NCBI RefSeq assembly: GCF_009914755.1
Contig: NC_060932.1
Strand: one strand, 5' to 3'
DNA from: the human T2T-CHM13v2.0 reference genome, Homo sapiens
Length of the DNA stretch: 64,000 nt
Shown here: positions 12,514 to 28,350 of the stretch, piece by piece
How positions within the stretch are numbered: position 1 is the first letter of the stretch
Layout: the number at the start of each line of letters is the position of its first letter
Notes under the pieces: generated by a model
What the model saw: only the letters and a program-made list of their open reading frames with translations
Told to the model about the DNA's origin: nothing
The model's database searches: none
Program-made: the position numbers and the translations under genes

Positions 12514-14769
12514 CTGGAGGAGGAACAAGAGAGCAGGTCAGAGGCCACACAAGCATGAGGAGGACACAGCTGCCCCCTCACTGGAAGATGTCTCCCAGTA
12601 CTCGATATGCTTCCATGTGCCTGCTCTGTGCCTCAGTTTCCCCCTTTGCGAAATGGGGATCACTTCACAGGACCTACCTCCTAAAGCTGTGGTGAGGAGT
12701 AAAGGAGTTAATATACAGGTTGAGGGAGCGCTTAGGAAGCAGCTGGTGCAGGGTGAGCTGTACCATGGCAATCTAGGACAATAGTGGACTTAAAATTCAT
12801 CACAAGCCTAAAAGGCAAGCAACCAGGTGTGTATGGCCCTGTTTACAAATATGGGAAATAAAGTGACTGGCTCAGCGTCATACAACGAGGGGGCCCCCGT
12901 GCACCCACCAGCAGGACACTGGCATTTGGGGTCAGACAATGCTCATGATGGGATTGTCAGCAGCCTGGGTGCAGACAGCACACACATGCCCTCCTGAGGA
13001 ATTCTGGTGAGAGCCAGATGGGAGATCACCTCACCCAACCTTGTTATTTTACAGATAAGGAAACTGAAGCACTGTGTGGGCAAGGGGCCTGCCCAAGGTT
13101 GCCCAGCACAGGAACCCGAGTCACACCCAGTAGTGCAGTTATGCCAGCGAGAACCGTTGGTCTAAGCTCCTCATCCATTCTTCACCCACCCTACAAATGC
13201 TTTCCAGTATTTCCTGAGCACCACTCTCTCCACACAAGGTCCCGCAAGGTGGTGGGAAGGACTTGGGGTGAGGAGGTAGGCTGAGGTCACACGTCCCTCT
13301 CACGTGGGCCAGGTGACTGACTGACCACTTACAGCACACAGTTCCTGGTGTTCTAATCACTTGCCCATTAAAGATTGATCAGGTCCTACCTCTGCACAGC
13401 CCTCTGCAGGGTGCCGTGTTAGATATAAAAGCGCAAGAGGAGGGCCCACTCTGGAAGAGCTCACAACTCCAGCCAGAAAACCAAGAGGAGAACAGCACAA
13501 TAGCCAAGACTGGGCATTCTAGAGCTCAGCCATCGGCGTTCAACTCCTGGCCCTGATACTTACTGGCTCTGTGACCTGGGACAAATGGCTGAACCTCTGC
13601 CTCAGTTTCCTTGTCTGCAAACTGGTATCTACCACATAGGGCCTTTGTAAGCATGAATGAGACAGCTCATTTTTTTCTCTCTCCCCTACATCATGATTTT
13701 GCTGTCTTCTAGACCATTCCCATCAGCTATTACATCACCCATCTTCAATTAAAAAAAGACCTCCTCGTGACCACACACCCCTCTTAAGCTACCACTCCAT
13801 TTTTCTGCTCCCCTTGAAAGCAAAACCCCTCAATCGAGTTGTCTACACCACCTGTCCCTTGCTCTCCTCCCATTCTCTCTTAGACCTGCTTCAGCCTGGT
13901 GTTTGGCCCCACCTGTCTGATGGATGCTCAGGAATCCACAGGCCTCATCTCCCTCAGCCCATCAGCAGCACTGGACACAGCCAATTCCTCCCTCCTGCCT
14001 CCTTCCACTCTCTGCTGGGCTCCCTGCCACCTCCCCACAGTCTCCTCCTCAGCCTGCTTTGCTGGTCCCGTCTTCCATACCCAGGGCTCAGTCTCCTTTT
14101 CTCTACATGCACCTGCTCCCTGGGACTCATCTCATGGCCTGAAACACCATCACTGTGCTTCCAACCCCCAGATTTATACCCCCGGACGAGACCTCTGCCC
14201 TGAGCCCCAGACTTATCTGTCTACCTGCCAACTCAACACCTCTAGCTGCAAGCCTAATACCCAAATCTCACACTTGACACATCCAAACCCAACCCCGTAT
14301 TTCCCCCCAAAACCTGGGGCTTCCCTCCACTTATGACAGTCTTCCTCACCCTGCTGGAAACAACTGCATCCTTCCAGTAGCCCATGCCAAAACTCTCGGC
14401 GCTTCTTTGACTCTTATTCATACACTGCCAAACCCTGGCAGCTCCACCTTCAAAATACAGCCAGAATCCAGACACTTCTCACCACCGCCACTGCTGCCAC
14501 CTGGATCTGAGCCACCGACACTGTGCCTGTTAAGAGCCTCCTTCTCCCAGCCTCCTGCTTTGCCCTGTGCCCCCATACCCCACCCCATGACAATCTTCTC
14601 TCATCACAGCAGCTGGAGAGAACCTTCTAGAACCTACAGCAGACAGCCATTGCTCCTAGGCTCCAAAGCCCCCCTTGGATTCCCCAGCTCATTCGGGGGC
14701 TTCAGCATGACCTACACACCTCTATATGTGTGCTGTCTGATTTGCTGTGACAGAACAATTTGTGCTTTC

Positions 14770-15397
14770 TGAAATGCTGTCCACTCACCACACACGGCTG
14801 CTGAACCTGAAATGTGGCTGGGTCATTTCACATGTTCACACAAGGCCTTGAAACACACACCAGATTTTGAAAATGTAATAAGAAAAAAATTATGTAGGCT
14901 GGACACGGTGGTTCACGCCTGTAATCCCAGCACTTTGGGAGGCCGAGGCAGGCAGATCATCTGAGGTCAGGAGTTCGAGGCCAGACTGGCCAACATGGCA
15001 AAACCCCGTCTCTACTAAAAATATAAAAATTAGCTGGGCGTGGTGACATGTGGTGGACTACACCCAGCTACACGGGAGACTGAGGCAGTAGAATCACTTG
15101 AATCACTTGAACCCGGGAGGCAGAGGTTGCAGTAAGCCAAGATCACACCATTGCACACCAGAGTGGGCAACAAAGGGAGACTCTGTCTCAAAAAAAAAGA
15201 AAAAAAGAAAGAAAAGAAAAAAATAATGTAAAGTATCTCATAAATTTTTACTTTGATTACACATCGAAGGGGTATTTTTGATCTATGATGTTAAACAAAT
15301 GTAGTAATAAAAATAACTTCACCTGTTTCTTTTTTGTGATTACAAGCAAATGTAGAATTATATATGTGATGCATATTATATTTCCATCAGCCAGCAA
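14770..15397 (+). mobile_element. hAT-Charlie relic (MER33-like), split by an Alu
   Basis: tgaaatgtggct..cacaccagattttgaa..[Alu]..atgtaaagtatctcat..ttgattacac..ttcacctgtttctt..gcatattatatttc. Confidence 0.75.
14897..15214 (+). mobile_element. Alu (S-type) with 16-bp TSD
   Basis: TSD agaaaaaaat(t/a)atgta at 14881-14896 and 15215-15230; internal 9-nt duplication gaatcactt. Confidence 0.95.
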
Positions 15398-16063
15398 GGC
15401 TGTATATGGCCTCACCTCCTATTCCTTTCTCCAGGCTCATTTCCCTCCATTCCAGCCACCCCAGCCTCCTGGATCTTCCTGGAACACGCCCATCACGGCG
15501 TGGCCACAGGGCCTTTGCACTTACTGTCCCCTTGGCCTGGAAGTCTCTCCCTCCCCACCACAGCCATACAACCACTCTCCTCATCTACTTCAAGACTCTG
15601 TTCAAATGTTACCTAATGTGTGAGTCCTTCCTGACCACCCTACACATAGTAACAACACCCCATGCACATTCCATGTACCCCTACTCCGACCTATTTTTCC
15701 CACAGCACTCATCACTATCTGCCATGGTATGTACTTACTTCCTCATTTGTTTGTTTGCATCAAATACAAGCTCCAGGAAGACAGGGCTGTGCTCAGTGCT
15801 GTGTCCCTAGTACCCTGTGTTTGACAGGCAGGTGCTATGCAATAGGTATTTAAGGGGTGATGGAATAAATGTATTTAGGCCAGTGTCTATTTTACAGTAA
15901 GTGCTCAAAAAATGTTGACTAATATTATTAAGCAAGCAAAATGGTACAGAGTAGGCAACAGTGATCAACACAGGACCATGTGGGGCCTAGCCCAGACCTG
16001 AAACTTGGGGGATGATCAACGAAGACTAAGCCATTCACCCAACACTTTGTCTGACCAACAATG

Positions 16064-16381
<318 letters not shown>

Positions 16382-16449
16382 AACAATAGCCCTTTAAAGG
16401 CAGAAAGAGAAAAGTGCCCTCTCTTCTTGTTATAAAAATAAAAGAGGGG

Positions 16450-16963
16450 AGGGTACATCCAGACAAAAGAATCTTATTCTGTGATAAAAGGAAATGAGCT
16501 ATCAAATCATGAAAGGACACGGAGAAAACCTACATGAAAGGAGACATGTATCACACCCTATGATTGTAAAGGTATGACACTCTGAAAAAGGGAAAACAGA
16601 GACAGTGAGATCAGTGGCTGCCAGGAGTCAGTGGGGAGTGGGGGAGGAAGACGCAGAGCATGGAGCATTTTTAGGGCAATGAAATCACTCTGTATGATAC
16701 TGTAATGGAGGATGCATGCCATTAGACGTTTGTCCAAACCCACAGAACGTACAACACCAAGAGTGAACTCTAATGTAAACTCTAGGCTTTGCCTCATAAT
16801 GATGTGTCAATGTAGGTTCAAGAATTTTAACAAATGCATCCCTCTATAGAGGGATGCTGATAGTTGAAGAGGCTGTGCCTGGGGAGGAGTAGCGGGTAGA
16901 TGGGAACTCTCTGTACCTTCCTCTCAATTTTGCTATGAACCTAAAACCACTCTTAAAAAAATA
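16450..16963 (+). mobile_element. L1M (L1MC-like) 3' UTR fragment
   Basis: tttgtccaaacccacagaacgtacaacaccaagagtgaactctaatgtaaact..tgggaactctctgtaccttcctctcaattttgctatgaacctaaaac..aaaaaataa. Confidence 0.85.
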
Positions 16964-19078
16964 AGCCTTTTACTACAAAAATGGAGGCTGGGGGAAATTA
17001 AGGCAGAAAGAGAATCAAGGTTTGTTTTCCCAATCAATCCATTAATATATCTTTAATGAGGACCTACTATGTGCCAGGCACTTCCCCAGACACTGAGGCT
17101 GCAACCCTGCCAGAGACACAGCTAGGGACGGAGGAGCAGCCCATGCCAATGTGAGTTCTGTGTCAGGGAAGTCAAGTGTGGAGAGAAAAGCATCCTGTCC
17201 AGACCTTGGTGGGGGCCGGGGGAGGGGTCCTGGAAGCAGTGACATCACTGCTGAAACCTACAGGAGGACTCAGAGGAAGTAAAGACAGCAGAAAAAGGAT
17301 CCCAGGCACAGAGGGGAGCAGGTGCAATCGCTGGGAGGAACTGCAAGCAATTCAATACGACTGAACATGGAAACCAAGGCAAGGAATGCCAAGACAAGGG
17401 CCTTCAGCCATGTTGGGGCATGTGGCCTCTCAGGCAATTCCTTGAGCTGCTACCAAACCATTCTGCCCAGGACAGAAGGATCCCAGGATGCCTGTCAACA
17501 CAAGGGCTATTGTGGGGACACTGCCTCTAAGGGACAGGTTCTCTCCCAGGCCAGCCGTAGGACGCACCTGTCAGAGGCTGGCTGGCTGCTGGCTGGAGGA
17601 GTGGAGCGGCCGGGGGCCAAGGTGAGGAGAGACAACAGGAGGGACCCCAGAGAGGAGGTTAGCAACTGCAAGCGGAACAGCAGCTAATTTAGGGCTGCGG
17701 CTGCCCCCAGGTTCCCCAGGTGCTCCGTTCCCACTCCTCTCAGCAGGTTCCTGAGCTAGTGCTGGTGTAATTATAGCCTCCGTGGCTTCCATTTGGAGCT
17801 TGAATAGTGAAAGCTTTTGCTAGGGGGCAGAACGTGTAAACTCCTGGGCCAAAACTTGGTAAATTTCCTAGGAAACAAAAAAAATCAAGAAATGCAGCTC
17901 CTACCTGGTTACCAGGAAGATACCCCGTGATCCTCCCAGCAGGAACCGGGTTTGAGTGGGCCGGATGACGGGAGAAAAGACCCCAGGAGCGGGCCTGGGC
18001 TCTGAGGCTCTGCCAAGCACCTCACCAAGGAGGCAGCCTGCGCTGCGTTTTCATTATGAGGGAGATGGTGGGGTCAGGGCTGGGCACAGGGCCAGCCACT
18101 GCCATCTGCAGCAGAAAAACTGGACACACATTCCTTCTGAGACAGCCACTGCCCTGCCACCTACCCTAAGGCTCCTGTCCCTCCTGTCAGGAAGGTGAGT
18201 TCCCACTGGGAAGAAGAAGGTGGGGGATTCTAAATACAAACCTCACCTACCAAGACCCCTCACAGTCCTTGCCTGGCACTGGGGCTACAGCCCCTGAGCT
18301 AAAATGTACAAAGGGCAGGAAATGGGGATTCAGGAAACCCAGCCCCCTCCGTCTCCCTGCCCCGATCCCCTGCACTGAGAGCTGAGACCACACAAGACCT
18401 GAGAGATATTCCGGAGCTAGAAATTGATCCCAGTCCTGGGCTGGCCCTGGAGAGCCTGAACTCAACACGTGCTCCAGCGCCAGCCCTGGTGGGTCTCCCA
18501 GGCTGGCTGAGAGCAGCCTTGATGGCCAAGGAGTAAATGGTAAACAGCTGCCCAAGGGAGAGGGAGGCGGGATTTAACACTTGGCCTTCTCCAAAACCGC
18601 AGTTAAGTCATCCTCCCAACCTCCGGCTCCTGGCCCTAGGGGACACTCTGGCTTCTTCATCTCCTCCCCTCCTACTCCCTGGGTGAGGGCCAGACCCGGG
18701 GAGCGCAGCCAGCTGGGGAGCACAGCCAGCAGCAGAGGGGCAGGACAGCTGAGGAATGCACAACCAGAGGCTGCAGCTCAGCCTCCCCAACTGCCCTGCC
18801 CCAGCCACACCCAGCCCAGCCTCTCCTGTTAATTCCTGGAGTGCTGCCCTGAGCCAAGAGCCCATCTGCACCACTAGGCTGTGATTCCAGACACTGGAAG
18901 CCCCCACCCCCAGCAGGCAGGCATATGAGTGCTCTTTAAACTCATATTCTTTAAATATTTATTTGGCTTTTATATTGAGCTGGGTTTACCAAATTTCAAT
19001 TCCCTATCTCGTTTTGGTCATATTAACAGTACCACCTCTACTAATGTTTAATTGATTTTTTCTTTAAATTCCTTAATC

Positions 19079-19375
19079 CTTTTTTTTGAATGGAGTTTCA
19101 CTCTGTCGCACGTTGTAGTGCAGTGGCATGATCTCGGCTCACTGCAGCCACTGCCTCCCAGGTTCAGGCGATTCTCCTGCCTCAGCCTCCTCAGAGTAGC
19201 TGGGATTACAGGCGCCTGCCACCACACTCAGCTAATTATTTTTTGTATTTTTTTTAGTAGAGACGGGGTTTTGCCATGTTGGCCAGATGGTCTCGAACTC
19301 CTGGCCTCTGGTGATCCGCCCGCTTTGGCCTCCCAAAGTGCTGGGATTACAGGCATGAGCCACCACACTGGACCT
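19079..19375 (-). mobile_element. Alu (S-type)
   Basis: Antisense Alu; flanked by taaat(t/c)ccttaat. Confidence 0.95.
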
Positions 19376-20681
19376 AAATCCCTTAATTCTTAAATAATGA
19401 ATCTGTTTAACTCCTTATTGACTCACCTTTTACGTTTTTCAATACCTATCTAGATTTATCCTAAATGATAACACCTATGTTGGTTCTGAATTTTTCTAAC
19501 CCATTAGAATGCAATAAAGATAAAAATACATATTCGTCGGCCCCATCTCCCATTCTAGCAGTGGTGTGCAATGCACTCGGAGGGGGAAGTCACCGGTTTA
19601 GAGAAAAGGCACTTGACCTCTGGTGCATTTGTGACTCACAGGCCCCACCGAGTCAGGAGCTCTGCGGCTGGCACCTGGGCATCTGGATTTCACAAGCTCC
19701 CTGTGATTCTGAGGCCACCTTCCAAAAACTGAGACCCAAAGCTTAGGGGAGGAGCAGGGCTGCCCTTGGCCCACTCCCCACACACACACACACACACACA
19801 CCTCACCCAGCACACAATTTAGCAAGCCTGCCCTTCACAGACGGTGGTCTGTGGCCAGCTACTGTCACCTAGGCACGCCCTTCAACTGTTTCATCCCCCT
19901 CTGCCACCTCCCAACAGAGAGGATCTTCAAGGTAGACTTTCCAATCGCAAATGTGCCTGTGGGCAGAAAGGAGAGGTTCCCCATCCTGTAAAGCTTCCCA
20001 GCCAATGGGGACCCAGGTGTTTTAACCACCCTTCCTGCCTCCCAGGAAACTGCCCCTCATCCCATTTGCAGCTGCAGTGTCCGTCCCTGAGCCCACCCTG
20101 GGTCCCTGAACCAAGATGTGGAGCTCTACTACTTAAACAGGGGTTAAAGAACGTGGGTCCTAATTCTGTCTCTGCTTCTCCAAGCTGAAGAAGACCCCAG
20201 GTAAATCTCTGTGCCTTTCTCGGTCTCATTTCTTTACCTGAATGATGACGGGTTTTGAACTGCCTAATCCCTTATATTTTGTGCCTCTCTCACTTACCCA
20301 CCCAACACACCAGTGCAAGACTCTCAGGGATGGAGGGCCAGGGAAAGCCCTGCTGTCTCACCTCATTCCTTTGAGCCGGAGCCACAGGTCCACCGTGGCA
20401 GGCTAAAAGGAGCCCACTCTGGTACTGTGCAAACTCAACAGCATGTGTGCACACCGAGGTGCACACACACACACACACGAAGACACCCAACCATACCCAC
20501 CTCTCCAGGAGCAGGACCGGAGTCCCTGCATTAGTAGCCAGTCAACAAATATTTTCATACACCAACTACATGCCAGGCCCTAAAATCCAGCTGTGTGCAG
20601 GAAAGAAAGAATCTTCCCTCTCCTACAGCTTTCACTCTAGTAAGGGAAAGACTGAGAGTAAACACAAAAATACATAAAAAA

Positions 20682-21463
<782 letters not shown>

Positions 21464-21479
21464 AAAAAAGAATGACCAG

Positions 21480-22490
21480 CAAATAAGAGAGGGGCCTTTC
21501 CGAGGAGGTGACATCAGGTTGAGGTAGAATGACTAAAATGGCGGGCAGGAATGGACCACACACACAAAAACAAAAACAAGGTAAGAGAATTCCAAGCAAA
21601 GGAGGAGCAAGCACAAAGGTCCTGAGACAGCTATGAGCTTGGCACGTTCCTAATCAAAAGGAAGGGTAAGGTTGCCAGAGCTTCCTGGAGGAGGCAGAAG
21701 TTAGAGGAAGTAGAAGTCAGAGGGACAGTCAGGGGAGACCTTGCGGGGCAGGTAAGAACTTCAGATTTTATTCTAAAATGCAAAGCGCTGGAGAGCATTA
21801 AGGAGGAAGGCACATGACCTCATTCACTGACACATGGAACTGAGGGTATATCTGAGGGTTTGAAGCAGAAAAGGAGACCAGTCACAGGCTGCTGAAGCAG
21901 CAGAAAGCTAGTGGAGGCTGGGGTGGGGTGGTGACTGCAGAGAGGGCAAAATGTGAACCCATTCTGCTTATAATTTAGAGATAAAGCCAAGGATTGCTTG
22001 CATTTTGAGTGGGAGGAGAGAGAGAAATCAAGAAAACCTCTTGGATTTTTGGCCTGAGCACCAAGTAGATGGAGATATCATTTCACGAAAAAGGAAAGAC
22101 TTGGAAGGAAAGAAGAGAGGCAGAATGAAATGGACTATTCTGTTTTTGACTTAAGTTTGAGATGTCTATTAGATGTCGAAGCAGGGATGTTGAATAGGCA
22201 GAAGGGTCCACAAGCCTGGAGTTCAAGAAAGAGGTCTGGGCTAAAGACACAAAACTTGGCATGGTTGATACTGGAGGAGGTTGTGGAAAGCCACATAACT
22301 CAGTGAGGCGCCATAGGTTGGGGATGAGAACAAAGAAGAGGAAACAAGTCAGGACAGAACTCTGGGTTGCCTTATGTTCAATGGAGGCCAGAAAGGAGAG
22401 GACCTTTAGCTGGTGGAAAAATCAAGAGATGCTGATTTCACGGAAGGCAAGAGTTTCGAAAAGGAGGATGGTCAACTGACACCCCCCCAA
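21480..22490 (-). mobile_element. L2 relic (antisense)
   Basis: gaggaggtgacat; aagtttgagatgtctattagatgtc; tggagttcaagaaagaggtctgggcta. Boundaries approximate. Confidence 0.65.
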
Positions 22491-23230
22491 ATACTTAGGG
22501 GCATAAGGGTGAGTGGAGGGGCAACTCACAATGAGATGTAGAATAAATAAACTCTCAGCAGGGCTGGAAGGAAGACAGCAAGGGCGGGTAGAGAAAGGGA
22601 GGGTCCAGGAGCAGAGACTCCAGGGAGTTGCCCCTAATCCCAGCCCTCCCTGCAGGGTTAAAGCCACCACAACCATCACCTCCACACCTCATGCTGGATG
22701 ACTGTCATCTCCACACCTCATGCTGGATGTGCATCACCTCCACACTTCACGTTGGATCTCCTCATGGAGCATCCAACCCCAGCCCGCCCTCAAGATCCAT
22801 TTATTTTTTGCAACAAACACTTACTGACAACCCACTGTGTGTAAAGTAAGGCTGGATTGACGAATAAAACCACCAAGTCACCTGCCATCCTGGGGCTCAC
22901 ATTCTAGCTCAGGTGAGAGATCACAAGTAAACAGATGGAAACTTTCCCCTTTGGGTGTGGAGTCCCAGAAAAAGCAGAGACCCTGGTCCAGCAGTGGCTT
23001 GTGGGGAAGATGGAGGACCTGGCTGGGCCACTATCAGAGCAAGTGTGCACAGGTTATGTAACCTCTTTGAGCCTCACTTTCCTCACCTGCAAAACTGGGA
23101 TAGAACATCTACCTGCCTTACACAGAGGACTATGCTAAGAGAAAAAGGGACAATGTGGATGAAAATACCCCTTGCAGTTTCCAATCCATAGTACACAGGC
23201 AATAAATGCTTGTTTAAAAAGGTGTCACCT

Positions 23231-23538
23231 GGCTGGGTGCGGTTGCTCACACCTGTAATCCCAGCACTTTGGGAGGCCAAGGTGGGTGGATTGCTTGAGG
23301 CCAGGAGTTCGAGACCAGCCTGGCCAACATGGTGAAACCCCATCTCTACTAAAGATATGGAAATTAGCTGGGCGTGATGGTGCGCACCTGTAATCCCAGC
23401 TACTCGGGAGGCTGAGGCACGAGAACTGCTTGAACCAGGGAGGTGGAAGTTGCAGTGAGCTGAGGGCTGTCACCACTGTACTCCAGCCTGTGTGACAGAG
23501 CGAGACTCTGTCTAAAAAAATAAAAAAAATAAAAAAAA
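23231..23538 (+). mobile_element. Alu (S-type)
   Basis: Full dimer; flanked by aaaaa(g/a)gtgtc(a/c)cct. Confidence 0.95.
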
Positions 23539-25510
23539 GTGTCCCCTGGCTGGAAAGGTCCTCCCTCCCATCTCACCTCTCTGGCTACCTTCACATTACA
23601 CTGCCCTGCTAGGAAAAGAAGTCAGTCCCTTGTGCTCCGGCCTCTACACACTATGTGGCAAAAGATAAAATGGTCCCCAGTCTTCCCTTCCATAAGCAAA
23701 AGATCTTCAGGGCTTCCTCTGCTCCATCCCAAGCAAGATCTCGGGGCATCTTCCTCCCTTCTGGGCCCCCTCACCACCAGGAGTGGGGGCCAGGAACACC
23801 ATACCATCTAGCTGGAAGCAATACATCAGTGTCCCCGTCCCCAGGAGCTGGCAAGACCAATAGCAGAGCCTTGCCTCCCAGTCCTCTCAGTTGTCAATCA
23901 AAGCCCAAGGATCCAATGGGACCTGAACCCTTGTCCCCTACTGCTCTGTAGGTCAGGGTGCTTACCCTCCTCAAATCAGTCCTGGAAGTCTTAGTCCAAG
24001 CTTCTTTATAATCTCAACTTTCTTTCTGAACTTTCCCCTCATTCCCAGCCCTACCATGACACCAGGACCACCCAGCAGTCTCCAGGTGAAGCTGCATTTT
24101 TGGAAGCAGGCTAACCCGCCAAAAATCAATTTGACGAATGGCAAATACACTGAACATCAATTTGAAATAAAATCAATTTGGAACCTTTCAAATTGCATTT
24201 TATATTTTGTCAAATTTTAACCACACTTAAATTTCTTTCTCCAAGTCCTCAAATTTCAGGTTAGTCTTAATTTTGTGGTTCTGACAATTAAAAATTTAAG
24301 TTCTATCTTTCACATTCAAAGGAATTTTTTCAACCGCTTTTGAGTGGCCTATTTCTTTTAAATATAGTTTTGGTATTTGGGGGGTTTTTTAATATTTAGG
24401 GTTTTTACCATTCTCATACAAAATTCCCACAATGATGAGTTGGGTTTAATTTTGTATTTGTAACCATTAAAAACCAAATTTGAGGCATTTCATATTGATG
24501 TGATTAACCTAAATCTTTCCTCAGCATTTTTTATTTGATGGTATAGAGAATGGACACAGGATTTGAAGCACCCATCATAAGCTAAACTTTTGTTTACTGA
24601 TTATGAAATATACTTTTCTCACCATAAGAAGTCCACATCAACTCATGACCCTTAGCTTCCCAAAAACTGAATATATCTTAAAATACAGCTATGAAGACCA
24701 TTTGCAAAAATCTTCAAAAGCCATGAAAACCATTAAATGTGAATTTCTAAAACCATGAAAAATAATTCAAAGACTTAGTTTGGGTAAATCAATGCATTTT
24801 GTAAAATCAGTGACTTTGTTATTTAGCATCCTAATTTTGAAAGAAGTGGCTATTGGGCAGCTCATGGATGGCTGGGGACCTCCTTTCTCCTCATCATTTC
24901 TGCCCCATCTGTCCTCCTGGGAAGTTCATGTCATCAGCTGCCCCTACTCCCCTGGAGGCTGTCACTCACCAACCCTGCCATTCCCCTCTCTCAGGAATGA
25001 CCTCACACCTGGCTCACCATCTCCGGTTCATCCCTTCCTGGGCACCATTCCTAGAGGCTTCCACTCAACAGGGGCGGTCTGTCTGCACAACACTCTATCT
25101 GCCTCCAGTGATCTCCTCCTACCCTTAGCTCCCCACTGCCGTAGTCATATCCTTGACCTTGACCTTCATCAACATCCAAATCCCTGCTGAAAGGTTGACA
25201 TCACATCCCAACCTCAAGCCACCCTCTCCTCACCTTCCAGCTCCCTCTCTGGAATTCCCACTCCAGCAAACCCTCAACCTCTCCCAGACCCTGACCCACT
25301 GACCCAAACACTTGCTCTCCCTCATCCGTCCCCCTACCCTGTCCTCAATTCCTCCCTACCCAGCCTACACTTCCCAGCCTGCATGAAACCCCCTGAGCTC
25401 CTCAGCCCCTCTCCTCCTCTCTTCCTCCATCATAGTCACAAACCAATAAACCCAGTGAAACCCAGCCACCCCCACTCCATGCTGGCTCCTGAGCAGCCAA
25501 AGGTCACTAG

Positions 25511-25513
<3 letters not shown>

Positions 25514-25557
<44 letters not shown>
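25514..25557 (+). repeat. (AC)22 microsatellite
   Basis: Direct read. Confidence 0.95.
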
Positions 25558-25558
<1 letters not shown>

Positions 25559-25652
25559 AGCTGACTGGTCTCACTTTGAGGTCCCAATCTCAAGCTCCAA
25601 ATGGCTTAAAGCAGCCATTTCTCACCTTCCCCTGTTTAAGCTGATTACCTTG

Positions 25653-26027
25653 TGTCTTGGTCTGTTCAGGCTGCTATAACAAATACCACAGACTGAGTGG
25701 CGTATAAATAAATCACAGAAATTTATTTCTCATGGTTCTCAAGGCTGCAAAGTCCAACATCGAGGTGCTGGTCGATTTGGTGTCTGGTGAGGACTCACTT
25801 GCTTGTTCACAGACAGCCATCTTCTGGCTGTGTCCTCACTTGTTAGAAGGGGCAAGTGAGCTCTCCAGGGTCTCCTTTAGAAGCACACTAATCCCATTCA
25901 TAAGGGCTCCACTCTCATGTCCTAATCACCTCCCAAAGGCCCCACTTCCTAAAACCCTTGCCTTGGGGCTTAGGATTTCAACCTATAAATTTGTTGGGCA
26001 GCAGGACCAAATATTGAGACCATAGCA
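25653..26027 (-). mobile_element. MaLR solo LTR (MLT1A/MST-like), antisense
   Basis: tgtcttggtctgttcaggctgctataacaaataccacagactg..aatttatttctca..ctaatcacctcccaaaggcccc..accatagca. Confidence 0.85.
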
Positions 26028-26079
26028 CCTTAACTCATTATTTGATAAGAAAATAGATTTGGACAGAAATGCCCTCGCC

Positions 26080-28020
<1,941 letters not shown>

Positions 28021-28350
28021 ATAAATTCACACACCTTCCCTCTGAGCCTAAGCTCCCCGAGTTAGCGCGGAAGCCTCCAGTCGCAGGACGCCCCAAACAC
28101 ACGAACCAAGTGCAGTCCACACATTCCTGTTACTGATCAGGCAAAGATGGCCTCCCTTTTTCTAATGCCCCTCCCCCTTGAGCCCCTCTTTCCATGGCTC
28201 CCCTAAGAGGATGAACAGGGGCCTGGGGGGTCATTCCCCTGATGGTCGGAGCTGAGACTGTTCTGAGCCGCTCTGGCCCCTCCCTCCCTGTCCCTCCTTC
28301 CGTCCTGTCCCTTCAGACAGAAGGCCACTGCCAAAGACCCACAGCCACTC

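Larger units (their letters stand above)
13690..15870 (+). mobile_element. L2 relic interrupted by MER33 and Alu
   Basis: L2 phrases on both sides of 14770-15397 (gcaaaacccctcaatcgagttgtctacac; cagggcctttgcacttactgtcccc; ttcaaatgttacct). Boundaries approximate. Confidence 0.65.

Noticed and set aside
12167-12784. 205-aa plus-strand ORF over exon 4 (and similar ORFs over exon 2)
   Set aside because: Antisense shadows of GC3-rich coding exons, running into MIR sequence.
22674-22757. Regularly spaced ~21-nt repeats resembling a CRISPR array
   Set aside because: Spacers are only 8 nt and resemble each other; mammalian intron with no cas genes.
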